A stretch of 46,815 nt of DNA, the filler included, from Catajapyx aquilonaris (taxonomy: Eukaryota): assembly GCA_000934665.2 (NCBI GenBank). It is 2 parts of 2 records of this genome, joined end to end, with 100 filler letters (N's around TTAATTAATTAA, not from the genome) between each part and the next. Parts side by side here need not be neighbours in the genome. Positions count along the whole stretch, not along the records: positions 23,460 to 46,815 come from JYFJ02005697.1; 1 more part is not named here. One strand, 5' to 3'. Positions 24,950 to 39,180 of this stretch are shown in pieces. Made by a program: the position numbers and the translations under genes. The first letter of the stretch is position 1. Each line of letters starts with the position of its first letter. Below the pieces are notes generated by a model that did no database searches, was not told the DNA's origin, and was given only the letters and a program-made list of their open reading frames with translations.

Positions 24950-26280
24950 TTAGGGGAAAGGGGGACAAAGTGGAATAGATAACGTTTGTATTTTATTTTA
25001 AGAGAGAGAAACATAGGTACCTTTGCTGTTATATGCCTATTTGATACCACCATGTGTAATACTAACGTACACGAATTGGTCATGGATCTTGAGGGAATAA
25101 TTTTGTAAGAGATGACGACATTTGTTTCACTTTGCCCCCATGTAGGGGGCCAAGTGAAATATGGCAGGGGGCAAAGTGGAATTTTACTTTCTTCATTGCA
25201 GGCGCTCTTTATTTTCTGAATACAGGTATTACAATGACCACGTTGTCTCAAACTATCATTATTAGAACTGTACCATTCCTCGCCGCAGCTGTACAACATT
25301 GCACAATCTGCCGATAATCTCATGGTTGAAGACAAGACTGGTATCATGGCCAATGATAGACATGCTTGTTCAGGCTGTAGGGACGCATGAATTTCACTGT
25401 TATTTCAGTTTCATTTATCGCTTGGGCCACATATATGGATTGCACTTGAGCAACATATTGGACTTGAAAGTAAATTTGATTATATCCTATGATACCAAAA
25501 CTGTGAATAGACCTGTTCATCATGATTGCTATAGCCTATTTCCAACAACTACTATAGCCTAGCCTACCTTCTTTTGATTCGATGTCATTTCAGTTAAAAG
25601 GAAATCATCCACTTTAATGTTTCCAACATCGACTTCTTTCATTGTCGTGCCAGGAGAATCCTCATCTTCAGCTGACGTGTCAGATGTGACTGACGAGTCC
25701 TCTGGGGCTGAACTATCCTCTTCGTCACCATCCGATGTGTCTGAGTTGTCTTCATCTAGGCCTACGCTCCCTATTTCTTTCCTGAGCCTTTTTGTTCCTG
25801 ATGCTGACTGACTCCCCGGAAAAAGATTTGCCGTTGCTGTAGTCTTGGCTGTCTTTGAGGCAGTCATAGCCTTTTGTTTCCGCAGTTCTTCAAGATATGG
25901 ACTTGATGATAGTATGGCAGTTCTTCCCCTCTTTCGGGAAGTAGACTTAGGCTGTCGTGTAGGAGCAACTGGTAGTGGCATGACGTCTTGAGGGGACAGA
26001 ACAGGCCTCGATGGGGTGAGGGAGTGTGAGGTTGAGGTGTGAAAGGATGTTCAGGTGCATTGACAGTTCCTGTGTCGCTGGTGTTAGAGGGAACAGGCCT
26101 AGTTTGTGTGTCAGGATTGGGTAAGGGCCTATCAGTTGTTTCTGCTGGAGCAAATAGGTGCTATTGGGAAAACATTTTCGTCAAAAGGACAAATCCCACA
26201 TTGTTAAAAGCCACTTATGGCATTTTCTGTTGTTGCTGCACGGAGATAGGCTCGACCAAATAGTGCACCGACATCATGAA
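24950..26280 (-). mobile_element. pogo/Tigger-like (DDE_1) transposon 3' fragment with terminus
   Basis: Minus DVGALFGRAYLRAATTENAISGF*QCGICPFDENVF, then PLPVAP...RKRGRTAILSSSPYLEEL; terminus AGGGGAAAGGGGGACAAAGTGG with repeated CACTTTGCCCC motifs. Confidence 0.7.
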
Positions 26281-27789
26281 GAGTCACAACTTTTCCTGGA
26301 TTATTTCTAAACCAGGATTTCACTTCTTGCTCATAGAAGGCACTGAGCTCCAAACTGTCAAGGTTGATGATATTTTTATTTATTTTATTTACCCCGTGAT
26401 CAGGTTAAGTACCTGTTTTGGGGGACACATTCCACTGACTGCGTTACATCAAGAAAGGTAATTTGTAATACATTTTAGTTACATGTAGTAAATTATAGCA
26501 CTTTAAAAGAAAGAAAAAAGAAAAGGAAAAGAAAGAAATATGTGTTTTTTTCTTTTGTCACCTTACAGTACACACATCGTTCTTTTTTCGACATTACGGA
26601 AAAACATGTATAAACAAAATATGTCTTTATTAACGATCATCTGATATATATAGTGGTAGTGCGAGGGGGGTAATTTTGGTATGTTGGACAAATATTGACT
26701 TCTGGGTAGTTCAAAGAATTTACAATGATAATATGATATGGAGACAGTATTATTACATTTTGCAATATGACACTCACATTTTTATAGAACGATTATACGC
26801 TCAGATCAGTTTGTTTGACATATTCCCTGGTCCTTTGCTTACCCCAAATTTGCAACCTCAGTTGAAAGTAGGCCTTTAGCACAACTGCATCCCAATCATG
26901 ACACATTCCTGCGACGGTGCTTGCACATATCTTTATGACATAGCTGTGAGATATTCAGGCAAAGGTGCCTTGACACTGGCTCACCTGCTTCCTTTCAATG
27001 CACAAAATATACTTTCCTTTCTTCAGTAAAGTGAATGCCTGCTCACTGCATTGACATAATGCTTCTGGCTTAATGGCTTTGTATGCTTGTAACGTACTAA
27101 CTTTGTGAATTTCATTCATACCTGAAGCACAAGGCATCTCAGCACAGGCCTCAGCATAGGCCTTCAATGGAAATGCTTCTTGAAAACTAAACACTGATTC
27201 TCATACGGTGTGCACTGCAAGCACCACGAGTAAATGGAGTGCAAGCTTCTCTCTAGTCACTTTCTGCAAACCGCACTTGCAGCCTTCCATATTTTTGCAA
27301 GGGGTAGTACATAATTACGTACCATACTGTACATAAATAGTAGGCTACATATACGTACATATGAAAAGCACAAGAAACGATGCGAAATGGCAATGTAGTG
27401 TTAGTGACGTGTGCAGCGACTTGGTATCCGACCCTTTACATTTTTTTTTGCGATACCTCATTACATAACATAATACACTACAATACTACATATCTTTCTG
27501 CCCCCTCACTTTGTCTCTTCCACCACATCTCCCCTGTCTTCCCTCTTCCACTGTCCCATTTTTCTTCCTCTTCCCTCGGTCCAGCCTATCCAACCCCCTA
27601 TCTTCTCCGGTGTCCATGAGTCGAGGAGCAGAAGGACTTTCTTCCTGTCATCTGGAAGACTGGGCCAGAAGCGCCTCAATTGGATTGGCTTCGCTACCTT
27701 TTTTTTTTCTTTTGTAGATATAGGCTACTTTACCAACACTCTGTAGTCACAAGTTCTTTTGCTTCCTAAAATCTTGGGTCTGCCAAAAT

Positions 27790-28410
27790 CGGAGGGCTGA
27801 GGTTCACAAATCCACATATCACTGTGACAATGTCATTTGCATGGGTGAGAAGTGTCCAATCCAGCTTCTTTTGCAATATGGCAAAACATTTCATGCGCTG
27901 TATGGCTCTTTCCACATGCACCCTTGCTCGGGCAATGCTGCTGACTCAGTTGCTCCTTTTTTTGCAAAAATGGAGGCTGCACCACACCAATTGCATTTAC
28001 AGAGCACACATCATTGATCCTGAAGCATTTATCAACCATCACTTTATCTACATATATGGCTCCATCTTCTCCACAATACCTGACAATTCAAATATCGCTT
28101 TATCGGATGCACGGTCACCATATACCTTGCTACGAGCCACTATTACTCCTGCAGGACTCACCCCCACCATAACCTTGATAGTGTTGCCTCCATAGTAATG
28201 TGAGTAGGTCAGCAACCTGCAGTTGATGCAGCCACACTGTTCTACAAACACTTCCGTGCAATCCAAAACCACTATAGTGTTGTTGTAGCATCGGTAGCAT
28301 TTTGGTAAATTGTTCATGATCTCCTTCTTGGAAGGCCCAGGTATAAAGCTTGTCAAAACCTCTGACATGGCCTTCTAAGACCTATCAAAAATATAGGTGC
28401 ACATGGAGGG
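27790..28410 (-). pseudogene. ISL2EU-type (PIF/Harbinger-related) DDE transposase fragment, frameshifted
   Basis: VVLDCTEVFVEQ, TYSHYYGGNTIKVMVGVSPAG, YGDRASDKAIF, MVDKCF, PPFL, ARVHVERAIQRMK. Confidence 0.85.
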
Positions 28411-29560
<1,150 letters not shown>

Positions 29561-30619
29561 CCCTAATAATTATTATTGTGACTGACGATGTTCGATGAAA
29601 GTAGGCTACCTTATTTTCTTTGCCTTAGCCCTTTTCCATTCTTGTTCACAACGGGGCCTCTTCTTAGCATCTGCAGGACTGCGTTCCTCAGCGGCTAATC
29701 CCTCCATGGAGCACCATTTGCAGTCCTAAAGCGCATGAAGAAACTGGCATCTGCCCGGTCTCCAGGCCTGCCTGCCACTGCGCGAGTCACCCGTGTCAGA
29801 AATGCGCAAACGCAGTACGGTATTACGTGGAGGATTTTGCAACTGGGTTCACAGGAACCTTTGTCCCACATGGAGGTTTTTGAAACCACAGATGGATTTT
29901 CAGCATTCATTACTGGTGCACATGGCGGTTTTCACTACTACATTTTTAACACATGGTAGGGTTTGATCTGAACAACAACGTGGCGTCGCTAACTCAGCAT
30001 CCATGGACAAAAAAAACTCACATTTTGTTGCAGAGTGTTATTCAGAAATAAAGGCGAACTCCCTGCCAAGTTTCCATATTTTGACAATAGGCTAACATCC
30101 ACTTGTTAATTTTTTCCTCATTATTGCAATGCTGAGGTAAGTGATGCATTGTATCCATGGAAGAGTGCCACCTTCACCTTCATAGCGCCCACGTTTAAAT
30201 TACATTCCAGTAAAATTAGATTTGTGGGGTCCATATGAACTCTTAAAATGGCCATCCTGTAAAGTTGTATAAATGGTCTATTCGCCCCTTTGGCTAAACA
30301 CCGACGATATATCAATACTGTATTTCAAAATCACAGCTACAAAAAATAACCGTTTTCATGTCCATAGACGCTACAATCAGCTGCAATGGAGATGACCGAA
30401 AATGAAACTGAACGGATGTTGAAATGTGGACTTGAACGAAACTGTTTCCAACTCTCAGAAGGTTTATGATGCCGTTATTACAACCTACGTCGGGTGGATA
30501 TGAACGAACATAACACATCCAATGTCAATCCGCTGTTGGCTCGATTTCGTTGAAAAGTGGAGATAACCGAAGATGATTCTCAGCCCGCGCTGTGCTGAAG
30601 CTTGAAGTTTCATATCCCT

Positions 30620-30860
30620 AAGCTAAGTTCTGAAACAAAATCAACTTGGACAAGTTTTTTCTAATACGCTTTGGCTGCAACTGCAACGTTTGCTTTTTAG
30701 CCATGTGGTGCAGACAAACTTTCGCATATACTTCTGGTCTTCTGCTATGACTTTGACCAATCTATGTACATGGTTATTATCCGGGGGGCTATCGAACATG
30801 TGATGGTACAATTCTGGAAAAACATTTTCCTGCATGTATCGTTCAGAACAGCTGTACATA
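30620..30860 (-). pseudogene. P-element/THAP9-like transposase C-terminal fragment
   Basis: HHMFDSPPDNNHVHRLVKVIA, then (frameshifted) KRIRKNLSKLILFQN. Confidence 0.65.
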
Positions 30861-31448
30861 TAGCAGGTACTATTCCCGACATCTGAGGAAGTCTCCCACT
30901 ATTTACTTTTATCATGTGTTTACAGCGTCAAATAGATGCCCTGGCTCAGTACTTGGATGAAATTGGCCTGTCTGTTAAAGGCAATGGATTTCTTAGAGTG
31001 AACTGCTGGGCCCAGGGCCCCGCCCCCAAACAAACTTCTCTCCTCCCTCCTCCCTCCTCCACAACTTCTCCCCCCCACCACTTTGGCACCATGACAACAT
31101 GTATCCCTCCGCCAGAGCCTTATTCCGATGGTGCTTATGCGCGCCGAAAATAAGTGAAAAGAAGAAATTCGAACACCGTTGCCGTGGATTCGAACGATGC
31201 TTCGAAATTACGCGGACACGGATCCCGATGCTCTTTTGTCTCTCGCCTTGAAAGTAGTCCCCATGTGGCAAGGTTGCTGATTTTAATTTTTCGCGTAAGT
31301 AAATAATAACGCTATTCTAAGTAATGCTTTAGCGTACATAAATTATGTCAGAACCAAATAATTGATATGCGTCGAATTCCTTTTTAAAATACACCGTCAA
31401 TTACATTTATGTATTTTCACCTGGCAACCTTCCTGTGACGCACGGTCA

Positions 31449-31548
31449 TACAGGCGATCCTATTGGTTCGCCCGGGGGGGCGTTTCTGTTCACTCTAATA
31501 CAGGTGATCCCATTGGTTCGCCCAGGGGGGCGTGTCTGTTCACTCTAA
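31449..31548. repeat. Tandem 50-bp duplication
   Basis: TACAGGYGATCCYATTGGTTCGCCCRGGGGGGCGTKTCTGTTCACTCTAA twice. Confidence 0.9.
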
Positions 31549-32089
31549 GAAATCCGTTCCCTATAATTTGGGGAAAAAACAAGTTCTGATTTTTAGAAAG
31601 GGTGGGGTTCTCTCTGCGAAAGAGAAGTTTTTCTGGAACGGAAGACCGCTAGTAATTACCAACAATTACAAATATCTTGGGAGTCCCCTTTCAGTCTTCA
31701 ACTAAGTAAGTTATGTTTACTTACAAATGGAAAGCAATTCCACTTCCTTTCTTGTACGTGTTTGTGCAGCCATATGCACAACACGTCGGCATTGTTGTGA
31801 GAGCAAGAGTACCGGTAGGTTAATAATATACGTGTATTGGCTACATGGCACGTAGGCCTGAAAGCCTATGGTGCACGCGCTGCCCCTCTAAAACTCTATA
31901 ATACACAACGAGAGGGGAGAGTGAATACTTCACACTGACATTACATTGCTAATCACACCGGCCGTAGGCTGACCATGCGGCAGACTAAGCACTGCAACAT
32001 GGCGGCCAATCAATGATGGCAGCCTCAGACGATTGCAGTAGTTCAGCTATCCATACTATATAGAGATCAGTGGTCCAGCTCCAGCTTGA

Positions 32090-32228
32090 AAGGTTGCCAA
32101 GACGTCTTCTTAGGCGCGGGCCAGAGACCCACTGACGCAGGCGGAAAGTAGCTCCCGGGCGGGGATCGAACCCGAGACCTTCCGCTCAGCAAGCCCAGAC
32201 GTTACCATCTCGGCCACCGCACCTCCCC
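32090..32228 (-). mobile_element. tRNA-derived SINE head (same family as 17085-17199)
   Basis: Shared AGGTTGCCAAGAC, CCCACTGACGCAGGCGGAA and ACGTTACCATCTCGGCCACC. Confidence 0.75.
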
Positions 32229-33419
32229 CATGATAGCTCATTTTGTACCACTTTTAGTTTCTTTATATAAAAATGTCCCAGTTGAAATGCATTACCTTCT
32301 GTGACTACAGCTGCTTCGTAGGTCGTGTTCAGTGTTTTTGCCCTTGCCTTATTTTTGAACTTTTTGGCAAGGGTTGCCCCGTGAATTTTCAGGAAGTTGC
32401 TGATGTCTGCCCTTTTAATGCAAAGAGCTTCTGCTTCCACCAGCAGCTGTGAAATAAATATATTCATTTCTTGTAAGGAGCAGTGAGGCATACACTGTGA
32501 TAATCCACTATTATTTGAATGATGGTATAATAACAGCTATTTTAATACGTCAAAAATGTTTCTTACAATGTTACCAGAAAAGGCAGTAAGTTTGCACTGG
32601 GAAAAGGTTGATGGCGATTGAGCATGCACAAATAATTGTATATTTAAATGTCTCCAGTAAATAATCTGACAAATAAGCCACGGCAATTTAATTCAGCACT
32701 AGTCATTTTGGAATTTGCCATTGACCCTTAATTTAATTTTGCAAAAAAAATCAAAGACATGACTGGGCACCCTCTGTCTGAATTGAAATGGAATCTGCAA
32801 ATAGCTGCCACCAGTAGTACCTGCTCTGGCATCTTCAGGGCAGGAAACTTCTCCAGGACTTGACTGACTGAATGGGTCTCCACAAATCATGACTGTCAGA
32901 AAGTGCAGGTTTAGGTGATATCACATTAACATATTTAACTGTATTTTGTGAGTGTGTGTGTGTGTGTCTCCATCAGGCTGATTGAGCCAATACAAATACT
33001 GACCTTCTCTGTGTCATATCTATGGGAACAAGCATGAATAGTTTGTGTTTGTGATGGGCAGTGGTTGTTACAACTTATTAGCCCAACAAAGCATTTTGTG
33101 AACAGTTATTATTACAGTTGACTCCAGATCTTCAACGGACCGCAACAATGTACAAATACCTAGAGATTCTGCTTTGCATATGCTTACAATGCACACTACT
33201 GCATACTGATTAATGAAGCTATCCACAAAAATGCAAAATTAGCTTATCCATAAGTTATGGAGGACCAAAAAAATCCTAACGTAACTTACATGTACAATAC
33301 ATACATTATTTATACACACATACATAATTTTTTCTGTGATGTTAATAACATAACACCTAGTTCATGTATTCATCAAGCATTGAATTCGCCATTTCATTAC
33401 TAATCACACATAAAAGAAG

Positions 33420-34620
33420 TTAGGTCTGGAAACGACTGTTAATTATGGATTGCCTGACCAGTTCTCCCCTCCTCCGCATCGACTCCCTTTCCCGGTGGCT
33501 CGTAGCAAAGATGGTGCAGGTTGGTTCGGGATGCTCTGGAGGCACTGGATCTTCACCATCAAGTTGTGGGTCTGGAAGCCCATGCTCTATGCACAAATTG
33601 TGTAACACTGCACAAGCATTGGCCACCAAAGCCACCTTGTTAAGGTGGAGATGCAGGGTGCGATGGCGGAGAAGGCAGCGAAACCTCGACTTGAGTACGC
33701 CAAAGCACTTCTCCACCAACGCACGCACCTTGCATAGTGCTTTGTTGTACCGGCCCTCCGGGGTCTCAGGTTCCGGATGATTGCTGACGGGCATCATCAG
33801 CCACGGCTCCAAGGGAAAGCCACTGTCCCCTATGTCAAATATGAAGTGGTTAGCACTCTTAGCAGCACATAAGGAAATAGTTACAGGCAAGACACTGGCA
33901 AGAGAAAAAAATATCCTAGATTATGGCATTTCAGTTGCAGGTATATTGCTTTCCAACTTTTACCGCAAACCTTGCAATAAAGTGACACAAGAAAGGTACA
34001 CAGCAGTCTAAGTGACAAATCATTGCTGGTTGAAAGTATTTACTAACTCAGCAACCAACCTTCACCTCCTAGGCCACCCTGCTGAAAGTGTTGCCGCAGG
34101 GAACAGAAGCGCCAAATGAATGCGTCGTGCACTGACCCAGGGTACTTCGCCGAGAACCACAAAATTTTGTACTTCACATCACACACCTGCAGTATTTTGC
34201 TACTGTTAGCACTCTCTCCACTTCATTGACAGGAATCTATTGACTAATTTACCTACTGCCAGGGCGTTTACAGAGTGATACCCCTTGCGGTTGACGAACA
34301 TGTGTTCCGGGGATCGTCCAATCCGAGGGGGAGCTATATGAGCAAGGTAACTCCCATCAATCAGCCCGACCACGCCAGGGAACCCAGCACGAGAGAACTC
34401 TTGCTTCATATTCCTGACTTCCTGTGGGGTGCGGGGGTATCTAATCCACTGCGGGGCTAGGTGATGGTCAATGGCTGTGGTGACAGAGGTTGCCACGTTG
34501 CTCACTGTTGACTGTGAAACCCCATGGTACAGGTTAGCCGCAACCTCTTCTTGACAGGACCCTGCGGGATAAAACCGCAGGCCAATCAGCATCTGCAGCA
34601 CATGCTTTAATTTCCATTTG
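33420..34620 (-). pseudogene. PIF/Harbinger (HARBI1-like) transposase, 5'-truncated, two introns retained
   Basis: GFPGVVGLIDGSY, FVNRKGYHSVNALA | VCDVKYKILWFSAKYPGSVHDAFIW | GDSGFPLEPWLMMP, VEKCFGVLKSRFRCL, ACAVLHNLC. Confidence 0.92.
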
Positions 34621-34641
34621 CATACACTTCTTGATCATACA

Positions 34642-35262
34642 CTACCGTAGGACCTGCCGCCATGTCTCCTCACTGATGAGCGTGACGGAGCAGCCAGAGT
34701 CTACCTCCATCAGCACCCGGATTGGCCCCTCCCCACCTTGATCCAACCGCGTGTGGAAGACGGTGCCCCACTCCTCCTCCTGGCATACCGCGTTGCAGTG
34801 TCCCCCTTTAGCCTCTGGGGTGGCGCTGCCCTGCCCGCCCTCCTGCCTCCTCCTCGCCAGCCACACCCTGCCCAGGTGGCCCACCTTATTGCAGAAATAG
34901 CAGACGGTGTTTTGGTGGCGGCAGGAACCGGCCGCATTGTCCCCTCCACATCGATAGCATGGTCCGCCACCCTCCGCAGCTGGCGATGACGCTGCTTGGT
35001 CCTTCTTCTTCAGGTCAGGGCGGGTGGCCGGCGCCCCAGGCGGAGCCCACACCGCAAAGACCTCCCCCTTTGTAGATACGTCCAGAGCCCGCAGTTCACT
35101 GGTATGCTTGGCTGCCGTCTCCACTGTTAGGGCCATCTCCAAGGCCTTCTTGAATTTCAGCTCTGGTAACTCCAGCATCCGCCGCTGTAGGTCCGGGTTG
35201 CCCAGGCCAAAAACCAATCTGTCACGAATCATGCTCTCCAACCCAGACCCGAAGCTGCAAAG
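34642..35262 (-). pseudogene. gag: Ty3/gypsy (Mag-like) gag-protease fragment, no LTRs
   Basis: IRDRLVFGL, CYRCGG..C, CYFCNKVGHL, MEVDSGCSVTLIS. Confidence 0.88.
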
Positions 35263-36541
35263 AGCTGCAAGAGCTGCAAAGAGCTGGCAGCATGTACTTG
35301 AAGTACACTAAGGATAGTTTTTTGATGAGCTCCTGCACAAAATTCTCATCAAGATGCACAGGTATTACAACTATGGACTGATCCACACTGCAAAATGCGA
35401 TCAAGTCACATTTCTTGAGGTTCATAACCGCCATGCCCAACTGTACCTGCCCATAATAGGCATGTCTCTTTTTCAGTTTTATGTTTTCCCCCTCACGCAC
35501 AAGGTATGATAACTGACTCTCCCCTGACACATACTCAGATGCACTTGTTGTTTCATTTGGGACAGGACATTTGATTTCAATGAGAGAGAGTGGCTTACCA
35601 TCCACGAAAACCACTCCATCTGGAGACACACCAAGCCTTGGGGCTTAGGGAGAGATAACAAGTCCAACCTGCTGCACATCACTCTGTGTTTCTTTGCTGT
35701 ACACCTCTCGGGCAGTACCTTCATACCTCTTACCATGATTTGTGCTGGCATTGCCAAAACACTGCCTCTGATTCCACTTTTTTGTTCCAGTCTGCCCCTC
35801 TTCTCTTGCCATAAGTGTACAGTTCGTAACACACTGACCCAGTAATTCGCACCCTTCTCATTTCCCTCCAAAGGTCATTGTCTTGTGTCAGAGTCCCTGT
35901 GCATATTTTCTTACATTCATCCACACTTTTAACAACTTTTCCATTATAAAACTGTAAGTGCTCTTCAGCAGTGTCCACTTCCCCTCCACTCCCACTGTCC
36001 ACTGTTACATTTCCCAAATGAGAATTTGTGGTGTACAATCATAATATGTTTGAACAAGTTCATTACAATGTCATCCGATGGTGTCGGGGAGACATGCGGT
36101 GTACTTGGTGTACTATCCTGAGTTTCAGTCAGTCGTCCTCTTACATGCTTCGCCAATGCCGATTCAGGACAACCTTGTATAAGAATGTCCCTGAATAGGC
36201 TGTGTTGCTCCTCAGTCACTTCTGGCCGCACTCTCTTTGCTGGGACGTGACAGAGATCTTTAATTTTGGTGGGTTTGTAAAGGTCACTGCTAGTGTTCTT
36301 GAGCTTTCCCCACTGTTTTTGGAGGTCAGTGTAACTGAAGTCTTCCAGTGCCATTACGGTTGTCCTGTGTGGACAACACATAATATTAGAAATAGACATC
36401 ATGTGGTGAATACAACAGCACACGTGAGAAGACTACTTATGCATCATGGGCAGGGCGTTGCAATAAATTTTCCAACTCCTAAATAATTTATCATTCATCT
36501 CGGCAGCTACTCTGCCCTTACGTGAACTACATCATATAATT

Positions 36542-38193
36542 GAAGGGGTCGGTGCAATACTGCCCTAACCCACCAAGTGACACAAATTGAGTTTCGCGCA
36601 CTTCCATATACTACTCTCAAATATCTAATAAAGTACACTGAGATTGTCCAGTTTCTGCCATTTGTTGGCGAGAAATCAAACAATGTTTTTATTGCTCCAA
36701 GGTTATGAATGCCTTTTCTGCAGCAAAACCGCCCTAACCCTCCGTCTTCAAATATTGCAGCGCGCAGGATGCAGCTGCGAGCTGCTGTGTCTCACGAGTT
36801 GGGCTTAAATAGTGAGCTTTTGCCTGATGACACCGATGTGGATGAGAGTACCTAAGATTCAGAGTTCGATCCTGATAATGATGATGTGCAAAGTAGTAGT
36901 CCATTGCAGCATAATAATAATAATAATAATAATGATGATGATGATGATAATAATGATAATAATAATAATCGTAGTTGGGTCATTCCATGTCAAGACAGAC
37001 AACTTGGTGGCTCGACCATCTCATAATTTGATATAAAAATCATTCAAGTGTTGCCAAAAATAAAGTTAAGAGCCTCCCAGGTGAAAATCCCACGGAGATA
37101 TGGCAACGTCTTTCAGCAACAATGGAGCCGGAAGGACCATTTATTTCAGGCGAGGTTATTGTTGTACCCTCTTGTTCATATTATATCAAATGAACTGTTG
37201 TGAGATGAGGAACATTATTTTTGTGGCAACGTGTTTAACCTAGATTGTAAAATAAAAATGCTAAAAAAATCGAATTCTTGTGCAAAAGGACACATTTCAA
37301 TGGTCGAATGTCATTGTTAAATACATGCTAAGCGTGTGGAATTAATATGGTAGGTACATTGTCATCTGATCATCAGTAGTCATTTCTACTGCAGGACAAC
37401 ATCAAGGTCAAGCAGACTTGGAGATAATAAATCTGAAATGTCGGAAAAAGCCCTCTATAGGCTACTCCACGTTATTTGATGTTGCGAGTGAACCATTCAT
37501 GGTAAGTGAACAGTTCTTATACCGCTATGTTATGCATGAAAAGACGTTTCTGCGATAACTTAAAAATTGACCCAGCCCCAAACTGAGAAAAATGACCCCA
37601 AAGATGACCAAATTAGTGGAAAACAGACATTTCAGAAGTTTTATTTCCAAGACTGCTTGACCTGTGATGTCCTTCGACAGTATAGTAATGATCAGATGAC
37701 AATGTATACCTACCGTATTAATTCCACACCCTTAGCATGTGTTTAACCATGACATTGGACAATATGAAATGTGTCCGTTTTGCTCAATAATGCGATTTTA
37801 TTTTAACATTTTTATTTTACAATCTAGGTTAAACCAGTTGCCACCAAAATGTTCCTCATCTCACGACAGTTCATTTGATATCATTTATATGAACATTAAA
37901 CTAACTTGTGATACGTTCTTGACCAATTTAGTTCGCATTACAAGTTGGGTGCAATACTGCCCTAACCCTTTTTTTCACACGCGGCCACATTATTTTGTTC
38001 ATTCTTAGAGTGGGTGGTGCATCGTCATCATCATAATAGCACGTTAATGTTCCTTATTAGTGCCTTGTATATTGGGGTAGAAATGAAAATTGTCCCATGG
38101 AAAATGTGATTTATGGGTCATCTCAAACTTTCAAATGCGTTTTTCTCGAAATCAGGTTTGGGAGGGTTAGGGCAGTATTGCACCGACCCCTTC
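36542..38193. mobile_element. Non-autonomous TIR element with AATT TSD (Sola1-like), inside the YqaJ intron
   Basis: Perfect 30-bp TIR GAAGGGGTCGGTGCAATACTGCCCTAACCC; flanking AATT at 36538-36541 and 38194-38197; internal copy of the TIR core at ~37948. Confidence 0.88.
36977..37900. mobile_element. Nested foldback element with ~210-bp diverged inverted arms
   Basis: ~37172-37378 is the reverse complement of ~37683-37895; begins GGGTCATTCCATGTCAA, also seen at ~46457. Confidence 0.75.
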
Positions 38194-39180
38194 AATTATA
38201 AATGCACCAATTTTTGGGGCATGTAGTTGTGCAGTGAAGTGGATTCTAGTGTAACCACACAAGTGGTGCAAAGTGGTAGCATAGTATAAAATTTATATGA
38301 CCTATTCACTTGCAACAAGGCATACTTGCACATGCCGGAATTGCCTGCTTTGGATGTACAGGTGATGTTTGGCGGTAGCTGTTGGACAGCGTCATCCCTC
38401 TGCAGTACCACCTCGATCTGGTGCGGCTTTCCCGAGACGTTGCTTGTTTGCAAGCACAGCGAAACGATCTTGCGTGTCGCCTCCGTCCTCTCCAAGAAAC
38501 CACAGCAAATAATGTGCTTGCCCTTAACCACGCGTTCACCATCCACCAGGCATCTCTGCTTATCGCCCACGTACTGTAATATGTCCACAAACCCCACTTC
38601 CCAAGTGGAATCCATGCCCCACCGCTGGTTACGCTTACGGCCGCCTTGCTAATACAACGAACTAGTACCGTCTCCCGTCGGATGGTAAAACCCTATATTT
38701 GAGTTTTCAGCAACTTTTCAGGAAAAAATATTTTCATACAAACCCTTCCCGTTCGGTTCCTATAACAGTTGCAACGAGTATGATAAGTGTCATGGGGTAC
38801 TTTTTAATGCTGAATCCAATCATTTGGACGAAATCTCGCTGAAAGCAGTAGTTTGACCTCAGTGGAGTATATATTGTTTTACCATCTTGCTTATTGAACT
38901 CACATTTTGGTAAAACACCATATATACCATTTGTTCTGTTTTACCATCGTGCATTTCAGTTAACTTAATATGCCGGAACATGTCAAACTGCACAATACAC
39001 ATCGTATAATTACCTGTAGTCCTGCTTTACACTTTCGCATCACTTACAGCACGTCTAGGGATGTACTGGAGGAATAATAATCACCATGAAGCAATAAATA
39101 ACATAAGCCGTGTTAAGGTTTGAAGAGTCTGGACATTGCAGCCATTTTATTTCTGTATAATTTATACGGGTCCGGGGTCC

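Larger units (their letters stand above)
35265..38615 (-). pseudogene. SWIM-finger plus YqaJ/lambda-exonuclease-like gene (ISL2EU accessory ORF), frameshifted; intron 38301-36365
   Basis: CTSKAGNSGMCK (degenerate SWIM), WREMRRVRITGS, SPDG, EIKCP, YYGQVQLGM; the splice AATAG|GACAACC restores the frame. Confidence 0.85.

Noticed and set aside
30880..30990. Plus-strand LINE RT remnant (LQRQIDALAQYLDEIGLSVK)
   Set aside because: Too short to call as a feature; kept only as a possible exception to the strand bias.
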